DNA of 64,000 nt from Candidatus Poribacteria bacterium (lineage in GTDB: Bacteria; Poribacteria; WGA-4E; WGA-3G), in NCBI GenBank assembly GCA_965205025.1, contig CBDBFU010000002.1:224001-288000 (forward strand), given 5' to 3'. Below the pieces are notes generated by a model. The model had not been told where the DNA came from. It made no database searches and saw only the letters and a list, made by a program, of their open reading frames with translations. Numbering within the stretch: the first letter of the stretch is position 1; the number at the start of each line of letters is the position of its first letter. Of the stretch, positions 10,008 to 20,069 are shown piece after piece. The translations under genes were made by a program, and so were the position numbers.

Positions 10008-10717
10008 ATCCTTGGATACGAATCGCTCATCGGGGTGCATCAGGAATCGCCCCGGAAAACACACTCGCAGCATTCAAGAAGGCGATTGAAATTGGGGTAG
10101 ATGCAGTTGAACTTGACCTGCAAGGCACAGCAGACAGACAGGTTGTCGTAATTCACGATGCGTTATTAGACAGAACAACTGACCAATCCGGACAAATCAA
10201 AGATATCTCCTTAGAAACAATTAAAAAGGCAGATGCCGGAACATGGTTTGATCCCAAATTTGCTGGTGAATCTGTGCCGACGCTTACTGAAGCATTAGTG
10301 TCTATAGCAGATAACGCAATTGCACTTTTGGAAATTAAAGATGTCTCTATAACCGAGTCAGTTGTCAGGATAGTTCAAAAGATGGACATGGTTGAACAGT
10401 CCGTTATTATTTCTTTCAATACCTCAGCTATACAGACAGTTCGTTCCTTAGAACCGCGTCTACCCACTGGATATATAATTGGTAGTAAAGAAAACATCGA
10501 ACCAATTCAATTATGTCAACAACTCGGTTTGCTTGGGAGTAGTCTGCTGAATGTAGATCACAGGCTTGTCACAGAAGATTTCATATACGAAATACGTCGT
10601 CGTGGAATTACATTGTGGTGTTGGACAGTTGACGATATTGATCGTATGCGAGAATTACAGGAACTCGGCATTCAAGGTATAACATCTAACCGACCTGAGT
10701 ATTTTTCACAGGTTTAG
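10004..10717 (+). CDS. Glycerophosphodiester phosphodiesterase
   Basis: IAHRGAS..APENTLAAF, ELD, HD, WTVD, GITSNRP. Confidence 0.93.
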   Translation: MNPWIRIAHRGASGIAPENTLAAFKKAIEIGVDAVELDLQGTADRQVVVIHDALLDRTTDQSGQIKDISLETIKKADAGTWFDPKFAGESVPTLTEALVSIADNAIALLEIKDVSITESVVRIVQKMDMVEQSVIISFNTSAIQTVRSLEPRLPTGYIIGSKENIEPIQLCQQLGLLGSSLLNVDHRLVTEDFIYEIRRRGITLWCWTVDDIDRMRELQELGIQGITSNRPEYFSQV

Positions 10718-12014
10718 CTTTACGCCAGAATTCAATCGCGATATATGCCAATATCGGATAAGAGAGTATCGTTGTTGACCAGGCAATTCCTTCCAAACCC
10801 CAATATCGCATAAAAAGCCAATTGCAAAAAGGATTTAAAACGAGTCTTATAAGTGTTGCTGTAACTACCTTGTTATGATTTTGACTTGCTAAATGAGCAC
10901 GTATCAGTAATCTACTAATTAATCTTGGGAGCAATCCTATTAGATAAACACCTAATAGAGAAGCAATATGTAGTTGTCCGTCTAAAGACAATTTTCCCTG
11001 ACCACAAAGTATCGTCACAATATCTATTCTGAAAATGTAGAATACAGCAAGTAGTGGCACCATCAATGTAATGACAACTGCAACCCCTTTCCATACGCTT
11101 TGCTGTAACTGATTCTTATCATTCGATGAAAACACCTTTGCCCAATGAGAAAGTAGAACTGGCATCGCTCCACTGGTGAGAGTTTCAGGAATAGCCCCTA
11201 ACCAAAGGGCATAAGAGAGTTTTGAAACAGAACTTGGACCTAAACTACTTGCCATACCTCTATCTACAACCGGATTCAAACCGTCTGAGATTGCTGCTCC
11301 CATCATCATAAAAGTTTGGTTTAGGAATCGTTTGGCATACGGAATTGTGTCTACCCCCGGTGCATTTTTTGAATGATAAAACATGCGGTAGATGGGAAGT
11401 TTTAATACTACGCTGCAACGGAAAAGTAATACAGTCATTTGGAATAGTTCGCCAATTATCAAAGAAAGTGGAATGCAATACCAAATGATATATTCTTTAG
11501 ACAGAAAGATTATTGCTATTACAAGGATAGAGCAAACACCTTGTACAATTAGTGGAAAATGAAATACTTGGTATGTATCTAAAATAGCCTTCAACATCCA
11601 TCGAACAGAAGCGATTACTGCAAAGATAAAAAAGCCAACAACAATACCAAATATTGTAGAGGGTGTTAATCCCGCATTTGGAAAAAATAACTGAGAAATG
11701 CCCCATGTAATAGCAACTAAAAGTCCACAAGCCCATGGCATCATCTTAATATAACGGGACAGAATGGATTGAACACATAACTGTGCTTCGGTTTCACCTT
11801 TCGCCCGTGCCTCAGCTAACAACGGAACAAGAACTGAATATGCTGAAGCAGAACTTAGCAACTCTCTCAGAAATACCGCAATACCCCAATAATAGTAGAT
11901 GAAATCCATCTCCACAGTATCCCCGAACCAATTGGCAAGGACTAATAAAATAAGAAATGTTCCCGCACGACCGATGAGACTAAGTGGTGTAACAAGAAGG
12001 ATGTTTTTGAACAT
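10686..12014 (-). CDS. MurJ/MviN-like (MOP superfamily) flippase
   Basis: Multi-TM protein; VVDRGMAS..G.SSVSKLSYA and WGLEGIAWST patterns. Confidence 0.75.
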   Translation of the reverse strand: MFKNILLVTPLSLIGRAGTFLILLVLANWFGDTVEMDFIYYYWGIAVFLRELLSSASAYSVLVPLLAEARAKGETEAQLCVQSILSRYIKMMPWACGLLVAITWGISQLFFPNAGLTPSTIFGIVVGFFIFAVIASVRWMLKAILDTYQVFHFPLIVQGVCSILVIAIIFLSKEYIIWYCIPLSLIIGELFQMTVLLFRCSVVLKLPIYRMFYHSKNAPGVDTIPYAKRFLNQTFMMMGAAISDGLNPVVDRGMASSLGPSSVSKLSYALWLGAIPETLTSGAMPVLLSHWAKVFSSNDKNQLQQSVWKGVAVVITLMVPLLAVFYIFRIDIVTILCGQGKLSLDGQLHIASLLGVYLIGLLPRLISRLLIRAHLASQNHNKVVTATLIRLVLNPFCNWLFMRYWGLEGIAWSTTILSYPILAYIAIEFWRKAKPVKNTQVG

Positions 12015-12190
12015 GAAAGGGTGGGTATACAGACAAATTTTGGGGATGAAGTATTCGACTAAACAGCGTTATAATATACCACATACAAGGTAACATGTCA
12101 CATCATTTCAATCTTGTTTAGTTGACCCTTAAACCTATATATGATAAATTAGGAATCGTAGGGATTTTGTATAAATAAGAAGCATTACAG

Positions 12191-12901
12191 ATGAATTTAA
12201 GAGTGGATACGTGTTTAATTGTGTTCGCAAAGAATCCGATTCCCAATCAGGTAAAAACGCGACTCATTCCAGAAGTCTCTCCTGAAGAAGCGGCATCGTT
12301 GTATAGTGCTTTCCTGATAGACTGGTGTGAAACACTGTCAAAACTTTCAAATGTAGATTTAGTGATCGCATATACACCTAAAGAATGTCAATCCGAGATA
12401 CAAACATTACTGGGTGAAGATGTTGTTTACATTCCGCAAGCAGGCATTGACCTCGGAGAACGTCTCACATCCGCAACAGAATGGGGATCTGAAACCGGAT
12501 ATAAAAAGATTATACTTGTCGGATCAGATAGTCCAACACTCCCACTATCATATATTTTTCAAGCAGTTGTAGGTTTGGATACACGCGATGTTGTTATAGG
12601 TCCAAGCGTAGATGGTGGATATTATTTAATCGGTTTTTCATCAAAGAATCTTACTACAACCGTACCATCTGTCTTTGAGGACATCGCTTGGAGTACTGCC
12701 AACGTCTTCAAACAGACAGTCGAACGGATCCATGCTATAGATGCTACTCTTAAACTTCTACCACCTTGGTATGACGTGGATACACCTGAAGACTTAGCGT
12801 TTTTACAAGCACACCTATCCGCAATGCGACTCTCTGGAAACAGTGTGCAAGCAATCAGAACAGAGAGTTTGTTATTAGAATTATTAAAGGAGAATCAATA
12901 A
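12191..12901 (+). CDS. DUF2064 / TIGR04282-family GT-A nucleotidyl/glycosyltransferase
   Basis: VFAKNP..NQVKTRL, DLGERL, VGSDSP, GPSVDGGYYLIG, DVDTPEDL. Confidence 0.88.
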   Translation: MNLRVDTCLIVFAKNPIPNQVKTRLIPEVSPEEAASLYSAFLIDWCETLSKLSNVDLVIAYTPKECQSEIQTLLGEDVVYIPQAGIDLGERLTSATEWGSETGYKKIILVGSDSPTLPLSYIFQAVVGLDTRDVVIGPSVDGGYYLIGFSSKNLTTTVPSVFEDIAWSTANVFKQTVERIHAIDATLKLLPPWYDVDTPEDLAFLQAHLSAMRLSGNSVQAIRTESLLLELLKENQ

Positions 12902-13632
12902 TGGGACAATTAGATGGAAAAGTTGCAATTGTTACTGGTGGCAATAGAGGTATTGGTAAAGGAATTGCAAAAGGACTCGCTGCTGAAGGTGCGAGTCTAA
13001 CTATTGCTGCGAGAGACGCAGAACTACTTACCGAAACAGCCAATGAAATCCGAGGAAGTGGCACTAAAGTCTTGACAGTGCCAACAGATGTTGCCGATGA
13101 AGATCAAATTAAGGCACTGTTTGAACAAGCTATGGGAGAATATAATCGCTTGGATATTCTCGTCAACAACGCCGGTGCATTTGATGGGGGTCCAATACAC
13201 GAACTATCAACTGAAGCATGGGATAAGGTGATAGGTGTAAATCTACGTGCGCCATTTCTATGCTCTCGTGAAGCAATGGGTATTATGATTGAACAGGGGC
13301 ATGGGGGACGTATTATCAATGTGGGTAGTATTTCTGCCCATCGTGTCCGGCCGCGTAGTGCTCCATATAGTGCAAGTAAATTCGGAATATGGGGTTTAAC
13401 GCAGGTGATAGCTTTAGAAGGAAGACCGCATGGAATCACGGCAAGTTGCCTGCAACCCGGAAATACCTATGTTGAGCGTATTCAGAATCGTCCACATCCT
13501 CCGACTGAACCGATGATGGATGTTGATGACCTTGCTCAAGCTGCTGTACTTATGGCAACGCTTCCACCTAACATTAATATGTTAGAAGCGACAGTATTAC
13601 CTGTGGGTCAACTTTATGTCGGACGAGGATAG
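12901..13632 (+). CDS. Short-chain dehydrogenase/reductase
   Basis: TGGNRGIG, NNAG, YSASK. Confidence 0.95.
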   Translation: MGQLDGKVAIVTGGNRGIGKGIAKGLAAEGASLTIAARDAELLTETANEIRGSGTKVLTVPTDVADEDQIKALFEQAMGEYNRLDILVNNAGAFDGGPIHELSTEAWDKVIGVNLRAPFLCSREAMGIMIEQGHGGRIINVGSISAHRVRPRSAPYSASKFGIWGLTQVIALEGRPHGITASCLQPGNTYVERIQNRPHPPTEPMMDVDDLAQAAVLMATLPPNINMLEATVLPVGQLYVGRG

Positions 13633-13683
13633 TATATTTCAATCTAATACTCAATAGTAATTAATGATACAGACAACTGAAAA

Positions 13684-13802
13684 CTAATTCCACTTCTGAT
13701 AATTAAGTCTCTTTAATGTAGCATAAACTTCCAGTTTGTGCAGTATTTCAAGACATGCATAACAACTGTCCATGGGATATACATTTATAGAAATGATATA
13801 AA
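13684..13802. mobile_element. MITE family A copy (reverse orientation)
   Basis: GTAGCATAAACTTCCAGTTTGTGCAGTATTTCAAG is the reverse complement of the 44335-44453 core; degenerate TIRs. Confidence 0.65.
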
Positions 13803-13820
13803 ACCATTAGGAGGAAAATC

Positions 13821-15035
13821 ATGAAGGTGAATCGATCACAATTCTTGGAAGAGGGATACCTTGTTGTACGAAATGTTATCCCGTCTGACGAACTGGATGC
13901 ACTTCGGGAAAGTTATGAATTGATGGTATTGCGTCAGCGCGAAATCTGGAAAAAAGAACGAAAACCTGATGATCCGCCTGAAGGTGTATGGGAAACCTCC
14001 GCACAACCACGCCTGCTTCTCGGGCGCGATCCATTGGCTGGACTTGTTGATGAAAAGACTGCAAGCACTGTTGAAATTTGGACACACGAAAACATGCAGG
14101 GTGTAAGTAGTGAACTACTCGGTGTAGAGGATGCTGGCGTAACTGAAATGATGCTCATGTGTAGTCCGGTGAAGGATTGTGGGCCTGCTGCATGGCATCG
14201 TGACCATCATCCTATTGATACTGCTCCACTCCAAGGATACCTTGATGATATTCTGGAAACAGGTCCGCGCTATGTTCAATGGAACCTTTCGCTTTACGAC
14301 GATAGTGTGTTGTGGGTTATCCCGGGTAGCCATTTACGCGTCAATACCGATGAAGAAAACCAACAATTGTTAGCAAATCCCCGTGTGCCGTTACCTAATG
14401 GTGTTCAAACACATCTGAATGCAGGTGATGGTGTGGTCTATATTTTGCCAATTCTACACTGGGGAAGCAACTATAGCCAGAAGATGCGTCGTACAATACA
14501 TGGAGGTTTTTCAAACTATACGCACTACCAATCCTTTGACTATATAAACTATTTATCACCTCAGGTGCAAGATATGTTTGATCGATGGAATAAACGTAGT
14601 CAAGAAATGCAAAAGTGGACAGAAAACGCACTTAGAGGAGCAATTGAAAAGAACTCTAATGCTTATCTCACAGCACTGGAGAATCTACATCCGGGCAGAG
14701 GGGAGAAAGGTAAATTGTTATCTACTGTCTTTTTGTGTAAAGCTGCTTGTTTTGTGGCATTAGAACACGGTTGGGAATTAGAAGATATTCCGGATGATCT
14801 TAGAAACCGTGGGAAAGGGTTTCATTCTATTACACTTAATTGGGGACCGCCATTTGCAGAAGGTTACACTAAAGAGGAGGCAGGTATTTTATGGGAACGA
14901 TTTAAGCCGCTCGATGCATTACTAAAAACAGACGAAGAACAATTCTGTCCAGGGTTCCAATCCGGACCGATGAATTACTTTTTCAATGAGATGCCACCCA
15001 ATTATAGTGTCGCAGATTTTATTTCAGGTTGGTAA
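13821..15035 (+). CDS. PhyH-family Fe(II)/2-oxoglutarate dioxygenase
   Basis: FLEEGYLVV, WHRD, LWVIPGSH, L.AGD...LHWG...R. Confidence 0.88.
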   Translation: MKVNRSQFLEEGYLVVRNVIPSDELDALRESYELMVLRQREIWKKERKPDDPPEGVWETSAQPRLLLGRDPLAGLVDEKTASTVEIWTHENMQGVSSELLGVEDAGVTEMMLMCSPVKDCGPAAWHRDHHPIDTAPLQGYLDDILETGPRYVQWNLSLYDDSVLWVIPGSHLRVNTDEENQQLLANPRVPLPNGVQTHLNAGDGVVYILPILHWGSNYSQKMRRTIHGGFSNYTHYQSFDYINYLSPQVQDMFDRWNKRSQEMQKWTENALRGAIEKNSNAYLTALENLHPGRGEKGKLLSTVFLCKAACFVALEHGWELEDIPDDLRNRGKGFHSITLNWGPPFAEGYTKEEAGILWERFKPLDALLKTDEEQFCPGFQSGPMNYFFNEMPPNYSVADFISGW

Positions 15036-15118
15036 TAGCACAATAAACCATTAATGCAAAACAACCAAATCTAAAGAATGGAGTACTCTACCAGCGTGCT
15101 TTCATAACCAAGTCGTAT

Positions 15119-15940
15119 TCACTTGTATTCTTTTTTCGCCTCAGCGAGTTGCATGCGGAGTTGTTCTATTTCTTCTTCCATTTCTTTTCTACGTTGTATT
15201 TCTACTGACACCCTTTCTTCCGCTTCTGACACCCTTTCTTCCGCTTCTTCATGCAGCTCTTCCGCTTGTATTCGTAAGAATGTCTCCTCCTTAGAGGTAT
15301 TAATAGGTGTTCCATCAGGTAGAGATGGACGTAAAAGCCTCACGCCAGTTTCCACCTGTTCTTCCCATCGCAACCAAAGATTTAGTACTTCGCTGAATAT
15401 ACCACCTTCAGCATCCTGTTCCATTTCTACGATCTCCCGTGAAGGACTTAACTGCCACCCACAGAACTCTGATGGTTTATCCATTTCAGGTTGATGTATG
15501 TAATATTCTTGCACACCTATATCATTCAAATATAGACCAACTTTTTGGTTCCTGTCATGATGAGCAGTAGAATCGGAAAGAAATTCAAAAACAGCAACTG
15601 GTGCTGCGCCTTCTGCCCATGTATAAAAACTCCGTCGAAGTGGATACTTATCTACCCCAAAAACAACGTAAATATCTGGAGCAACAAATTTTGTTATATC
15701 CCCTTCTTGATAGTAAATAAAGTTGTCAACCCCAATATGAATGTGAGGATGAATTGCAAAATATCGTGAAAGTTGGTCAGAAAATGTCGTAATCTGCTCA
15801 GAGTGGAATCCGGTCGCTCCCATTGGTTCGTCGTCCTCAAAAGGATAACCTTCGATGTAAACAGTCGGATTTCCGCTGGCTTTTGGAAAAACAGGGATAT
15901 ATTTTTTCTGTTTAATGCTGAAATCGTCTAAGGTATCCAT
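15119..15940 (-). CDS. Uma2-family (DUF820) endonuclease-like protein
   Basis: APDIYVVFG, VFEFLSDST, GVQEYYI; coiled-coil tail with EAEERVS repeats. Confidence 0.88.
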   Translation of the reverse strand: MDTLDDFSIKQKKYIPVFPKASGNPTVYIEGYPFEDDEPMGATGFHSEQITTFSDQLSRYFAIHPHIHIGVDNFIYYQEGDITKFVAPDIYVVFGVDKYPLRRSFYTWAEGAAPVAVFEFLSDSTAHHDRNQKVGLYLNDIGVQEYYIHQPEMDKPSEFCGWQLSPSREIVEMEQDAEGGIFSEVLNLWLRWEEQVETGVRLLRPSLPDGTPINTSKEETFLRIQAEELHEEAEERVSEAEERVSVEIQRRKEMEEEIEQLRMQLAEAKKEYK

Positions 15941-16112
15941 GCCTATCTCCGTTGTGTATATATTAGAAGATATTCACTATGTCTTTGAATTATTCGTATA
16001 TATTTTGAAAGAATAAAGCGTATTTATTGTATCATGCTTTCTTATGTATTTTAACAGAATACAACCTATTTTTCAAACACAATATATTCCCTTAAAACCC
16101 TATTAATTATAC

Positions 16113-16907
16113 CTATAATTGCAGTCCTAACATACCGCTTAGATAGAAATAGGCTTCTTCAGTATAGCGTGGCAGATTTTCTGGATCTTCAACCTCTAAT
16201 TCCAGTGTTAGATCCCCTTGATAACCTGCATCTTTTAGCGTCCCAATAATCTCTTTTAGGTTTAGTTCACCACGTCCAATACCTACGGATACGGCACCAA
16301 TGTGATCTTTAAGATGTACCGCATAGATCCGTGAACCAAACTGATGAATTGCTTTAAGTGTATCCACACCAGATGAATGAAAATGTCCTGTATCTATACA
16401 AACACCAACCCGTTCATCAGGAATAGCATCTAACACTCGCTGAAAGTCCTCAGGTTGTTCAAGCACATTGCCATGATGAGGTTCAAGGGTCAATTTAATA
16501 GAAGCATCCGATGGTATTCTCTCTAATACTTCGCGTACACAAGCGATCACTCTATCTAACGCTCCAGATTCAGTTCTGCGTTGTGCACCACTTGTTGTTA
16601 GATGTGTTGCATTAAGTTGTTCGGCAATTTCCACACACTTAGCAATTGCTTCTGCACGTACTTCAACGTCGTCATTATCATTACCACCCCATCCGGGAGG
16701 ATATAGACCTGCACACCTCATACCGGATTCATTAATGTCGTTCTTCATCCCATCTATGTCAAAACTGTGAACAGCATCAACACTCCAGATGAGAGGTCCG
16801 TGGATTTCCATCGCACGGTATCCGATTTTAGGTGCATTTACCAAAGTTGCAGCCACCTCATCATCAGCATAACCTCGGTAGCAAATAGAAGCACAAATAA
16901 TGTCCAT
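16113..16907 (-). CDS. Sugar phosphate isomerase/epimerase (xylose-isomerase-like TIM barrel)
   Basis: LEPH, CIDTGH, VHLKD, GRGEL, GYQGDLTLELE. Confidence 0.9.
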   Translation of the reverse strand: MDIICASICYRGYADDEVAATLVNAPKIGYRAMEIHGPLIWSVDAVHSFDIDGMKNDINESGMRCAGLYPPGWGGNDNDDVEVRAEAIAKCVEIAEQLNATHLTTSGAQRRTESGALDRVIACVREVLERIPSDASIKLTLEPHHGNVLEQPEDFQRVLDAIPDERVGVCIDTGHFHSSGVDTLKAIHQFGSRIYAVHLKDHIGAVSVGIGRGELNLKEIIGTLKDAGYQGDLTLELEVEDPENLPRYTEEAYFYLSGMLGLQL

Positions 16908-17007
16908 AAAACTCCTTATAGTATATAATGGTGTATTAACCTTAGTTGATAATTGACAAGTGTAATTTAAGACCTATTAAAATAAGTATCGGAGCTATAC
17001 TAAAAAG

Positions 17008-17418
17008 ATGATACAACAAATTGAAATAACCTTACCTGAATACCCGCGTGGATTTCATCTTGTTACAGATGAAATCATAAATTCTCTTGGAGAATTACCG
17101 AAAGAGGGGATACTCCATCTTTTCATTAAGCATACATCCGCGGGATTAACCATTAATGAAAATGCTGATCCAACGGTGCGGGAAGATTTTGCCAACAGTT
17201 TCGACCACATCGTCAAAGAACGTGAACCTTTTTATAGGCATACTTTAGAAGGCGATGATGATATGCCGGCACACATTAAAGCATCGCTCGTTGGTTTTAC
17301 AGTGTCTATTCCGATTACTGACCAGTGCTTAAATTTGGGTGTGTGGCAAGGCATCTATCTTTGTGAATTCCGCAATCAAGGAGGGAAACGCAACTTAACC
17401 GCGACCATTTATTCATAA
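17008..17418 (+). CDS. yjbQ: YjbQ/UPF0047 family protein
   Basis: HTSAGLTINENADP, HIKASL, LGVWQGIYLCEF. Confidence 0.92.
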   Translation: MIQQIEITLPEYPRGFHLVTDEIINSLGELPKEGILHLFIKHTSAGLTINENADPTVREDFANSFDHIVKEREPFYRHTLEGDDDMPAHIKASLVGFTVSIPITDQCLNLGVWQGIYLCEFRNQGGKRNLTATIYS

Positions 17419-17471
17419 ATGAACAATTATAAAAATCTGAAAATGGTTCATGCGTACTATAATTGGTGCAT

Positions 17472-17502
17472 AATGTCACATTTTCCTACAGAATGTGACA
17501 TT
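17472..17502. terminator. Inverted repeat between convergent genes, possible terminator or operator
   Basis: AATGTCACATT-N9-AATGTGACATT. Confidence 0.4.
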
Positions 17503-17560
17503 GTTTCCCTGTTGCTACCCCTCTACAAAGCCTATATATCACTAACTTCACCACAGCGTT

Positions 17561-19990
17561 TTATTTCATTAGATGGGTAGCGACAAGGTTATCCAATTGA
17601 GCAGCCCAAGATTCAGGTGAATGGACTTTTCCAGAACGGGCATGAATGATTTTTCCATCTTTATCAATGAGTATATAGGCAGGCAGTTCAATTTTTCTAC
17701 TCCTTGGACCATACCCGAAACCAAACTGGTCAGCCAATGCAGCTTGCTGTCCGTCATGGTCAGCATAGATATAGTGTCCTTGATGATCTTGTCTTCGAAC
17801 TACATTTCGTAGTGCGTCTTCATCTCTCCAACCACTGATATTTACACCGATTACCTCAAACCCATTGTCGTGATGTTTTTTGTAGAGTGTGTCAATATGT
17901 TTGAGTTCTGGTTCTTGGCGTATGTACCCAAAATGGAGTAGGACAACTTTTCCTCGCAGTGTAGTGGCAGAAATAGAATTCCCATCTACATCAACAGCGG
18001 TAAAATCTGGGATAACGTTGTCCAATCGTGTTGTCTCTGTCCACTTTACAAGTTGTTCAAGTTGTTCGCCTCTTGTATCCACAGAGATTATTGTACCATC
18101 CCTATCAATCAACCATTGTGAAGGCAGCTTGGTAACACCAAAAAATTGTGCCAGTTCGCTTTTCCAACCTTTGCCATCAAATATCTGTAGCCAAGGGATT
18201 TCGTGTTCTTCCGTAAACTCACGTATTTCATTCTCATTTTCATCCAGACTCACGCCAATGACCTCTAACCCTTTATCGTGAAATTCTGCATAGACTTCTT
18301 TGAGATACGGTATTTCTGGAGCGCAGAAGCCACACGACTTTGCACAAAAATTTAGCACTACCATTTTGCCACGGTAATCCGAGACAGAAATAGGTGTACC
18401 ATCAAGTGTAGTCGCAGAAAAATTGGGAAGTTCTAATCCCTTCCATGCTTGCTGTTTCCACTTAACTTTTAATAAATCTTTATGACCTGCCCACGGATAT
18501 TTTTTCGATAATTCGGTTTCTCCCAAAGTTTGATAAATATCACCGAGACCGCGTAAAGCGTACCATTCATCTGGTACATCTGAGAGTTTATCCTGAAAGG
18601 CATGTTGCATTTTAGTTATCAAAGGTATACATCTTGAAATAAGTTCGGTATTTGCATCAGGATTTCTCATAAGCGAACGATAGATATGGCACGGTGTTCT
18701 GCCTATCTCATTATACAGTTTTACCAACCAACCATACAGTCCCGACTCACCTTGCTGCATTGATCGTTCAAACATCCTCTCAAGTGCCGTAAGTGAAGAG
18801 CGAAACAATGGATCATAGTGTTCATCATATTTACTGGCTGCAAAAAAGCACGTTTCTGGATCGTTGGGTGCTGTTACCATAGCTTTTTCAAGGAAGTTAA
18901 GGTCTTTATCTGATTCTCCATAACAAACACTTTTACTCTCCCATACAATGATCGTTAATATAATTACTGCAGCCCCATTTTCCGGTTCTGATTCAAGCAC
19001 ATCTTCGGCAAATTCACGAAGTTCCAGATGCATCGCTTCAGGAAAATCTGAGATATATTCATGAAGTTGTGCAGGTAGGGATGTCTTACCTTCAACAACA
19101 CCTTTCCTGATTTTCGTTTTGAAGTACTCCAGAAGTTGGTCTTGGTCATTCTGAGTAAGTCTTCGTGGAGGTGCTTTTTTACGGTTCTCTTTTGATTTAA
19201 GATACACCTCCCAAATATCTGTATTATCGGATGGCGTATCAAGTAAGTCTTGTTGATCCTCCGATTGTTGTCCCAAGTTTTTCCGGAATGCAGCATTTTC
19301 CAAAGGGACAAAATCTCTACACTTCTTGATTAGAGAATTATATTTATCAATTTTTTGTGAAATTGCCTTAGTGTCAGATGAATTTTCAAGGTGATTCTTG
19401 AAATCCTGAAGTTTATCTTTTAATGTCTTATAGACTATATACGGGGTTATCCTATGCTGATGATAGAATGACTTTGCCTCCTGGTAACGAGCAGAATCCT
19501 CTTGTTCGATTGCCCATAAATAGAGATTTTCAAGTGATATTAGGACTTTCTCAATGTCCGCAAAGAAATAGTGATGTAGTCTAAAATCGTTTATGACAAC
19601 TAAACTCATACCTGGGTCATTCGGTATCAACGAAAATGTATCATCTATATGTGGATCATTTTTGGCATCCCAGTCTGAAATTTCAACAATTGTGCGCAGC
19701 AAGGCAGCCGGTGCGTTTTTCGAATCAGATTGAAGGAAACTGTCGGTTAGATCTCGAACTTGCGGTAACATCTTTTTTGGAAGTCGCCATAAGTAATCGT
19801 GAAGCCCGGGTGGTAGTGCTGTTTCTCCATTGATGACCCCTTCTTCAATCTTTTCTTTAAAATAAACGAGTAGTTTTTCCTGGGTTTCTTCATCTATTTC
19901 TGATATACCGCTTTCAGATGAGAGACCTTGGTTATAAAGTGAATTGATAAAGGTGTACCAGAATTCTGTGGAATCGTATTTATCGGTCAT
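17561..19990 (-). CDS. Tandem helical N-terminal domains plus two TlpA/thioredoxin-like domains (paralog 1)
   Basis: PNFSATTLDG..ISVSDYRGK.VVLNFCAKSCGFC..EIP; second redoxin fold lacks CxxC. Confidence 0.85.
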   Translation of the reverse strand: MTDKYDSTEFWYTFINSLYNQGLSSESGISEIDEETQEKLLVYFKEKIEEGVINGETALPPGLHDYLWRLPKKMLPQVRDLTDSFLQSDSKNAPAALLRTIVEISDWDAKNDPHIDDTFSLIPNDPGMSLVVINDFRLHHYFFADIEKVLISLENLYLWAIEQEDSARYQEAKSFYHQHRITPYIVYKTLKDKLQDFKNHLENSSDTKAISQKIDKYNSLIKKCRDFVPLENAAFRKNLGQQSEDQQDLLDTPSDNTDIWEVYLKSKENRKKAPPRRLTQNDQDQLLEYFKTKIRKGVVEGKTSLPAQLHEYISDFPEAMHLELREFAEDVLESEPENGAAVIILTIIVWESKSVCYGESDKDLNFLEKAMVTAPNDPETCFFAASKYDEHYDPLFRSSLTALERMFERSMQQGESGLYGWLVKLYNEIGRTPCHIYRSLMRNPDANTELISRCIPLITKMQHAFQDKLSDVPDEWYALRGLGDIYQTLGETELSKKYPWAGHKDLLKVKWKQQAWKGLELPNFSATTLDGTPISVSDYRGKMVVLNFCAKSCGFCAPEIPYLKEVYAEFHDKGLEVIGVSLDENENEIREFTEEHEIPWLQIFDGKGWKSELAQFFGVTKLPSQWLIDRDGTIISVDTRGEQLEQLVKWTETTRLDNVIPDFTAVDVDGNSISATTLRGKVVLLHFGYIRQEPELKHIDTLYKKHHDNGFEVIGVNISGWRDEDALRNVVRRQDHQGHYIYADHDGQQAALADQFGFGYGPRSRKIELPAYILIDKDGKIIHARSGKVHSPESWAAQLDNLVATHLMK

Positions 19991-20028
19991 AGTAGTTCTC
20001 CTATATTTTGGATAAGAAACAGTACGTT

Positions 20029-20048
20029 GTTACACTCTGAAATGTAAC
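20029..20048. promoter_or_regulatory. Candidate operator GTTACA-N8-TGTAAC
   Basis: Same arms at 22496-22515 with 3 of 8 spacer bases different. Confidence 0.45.
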
Positions 20049-20069
20049 TTAATCTATTTTTTCTTTGAA

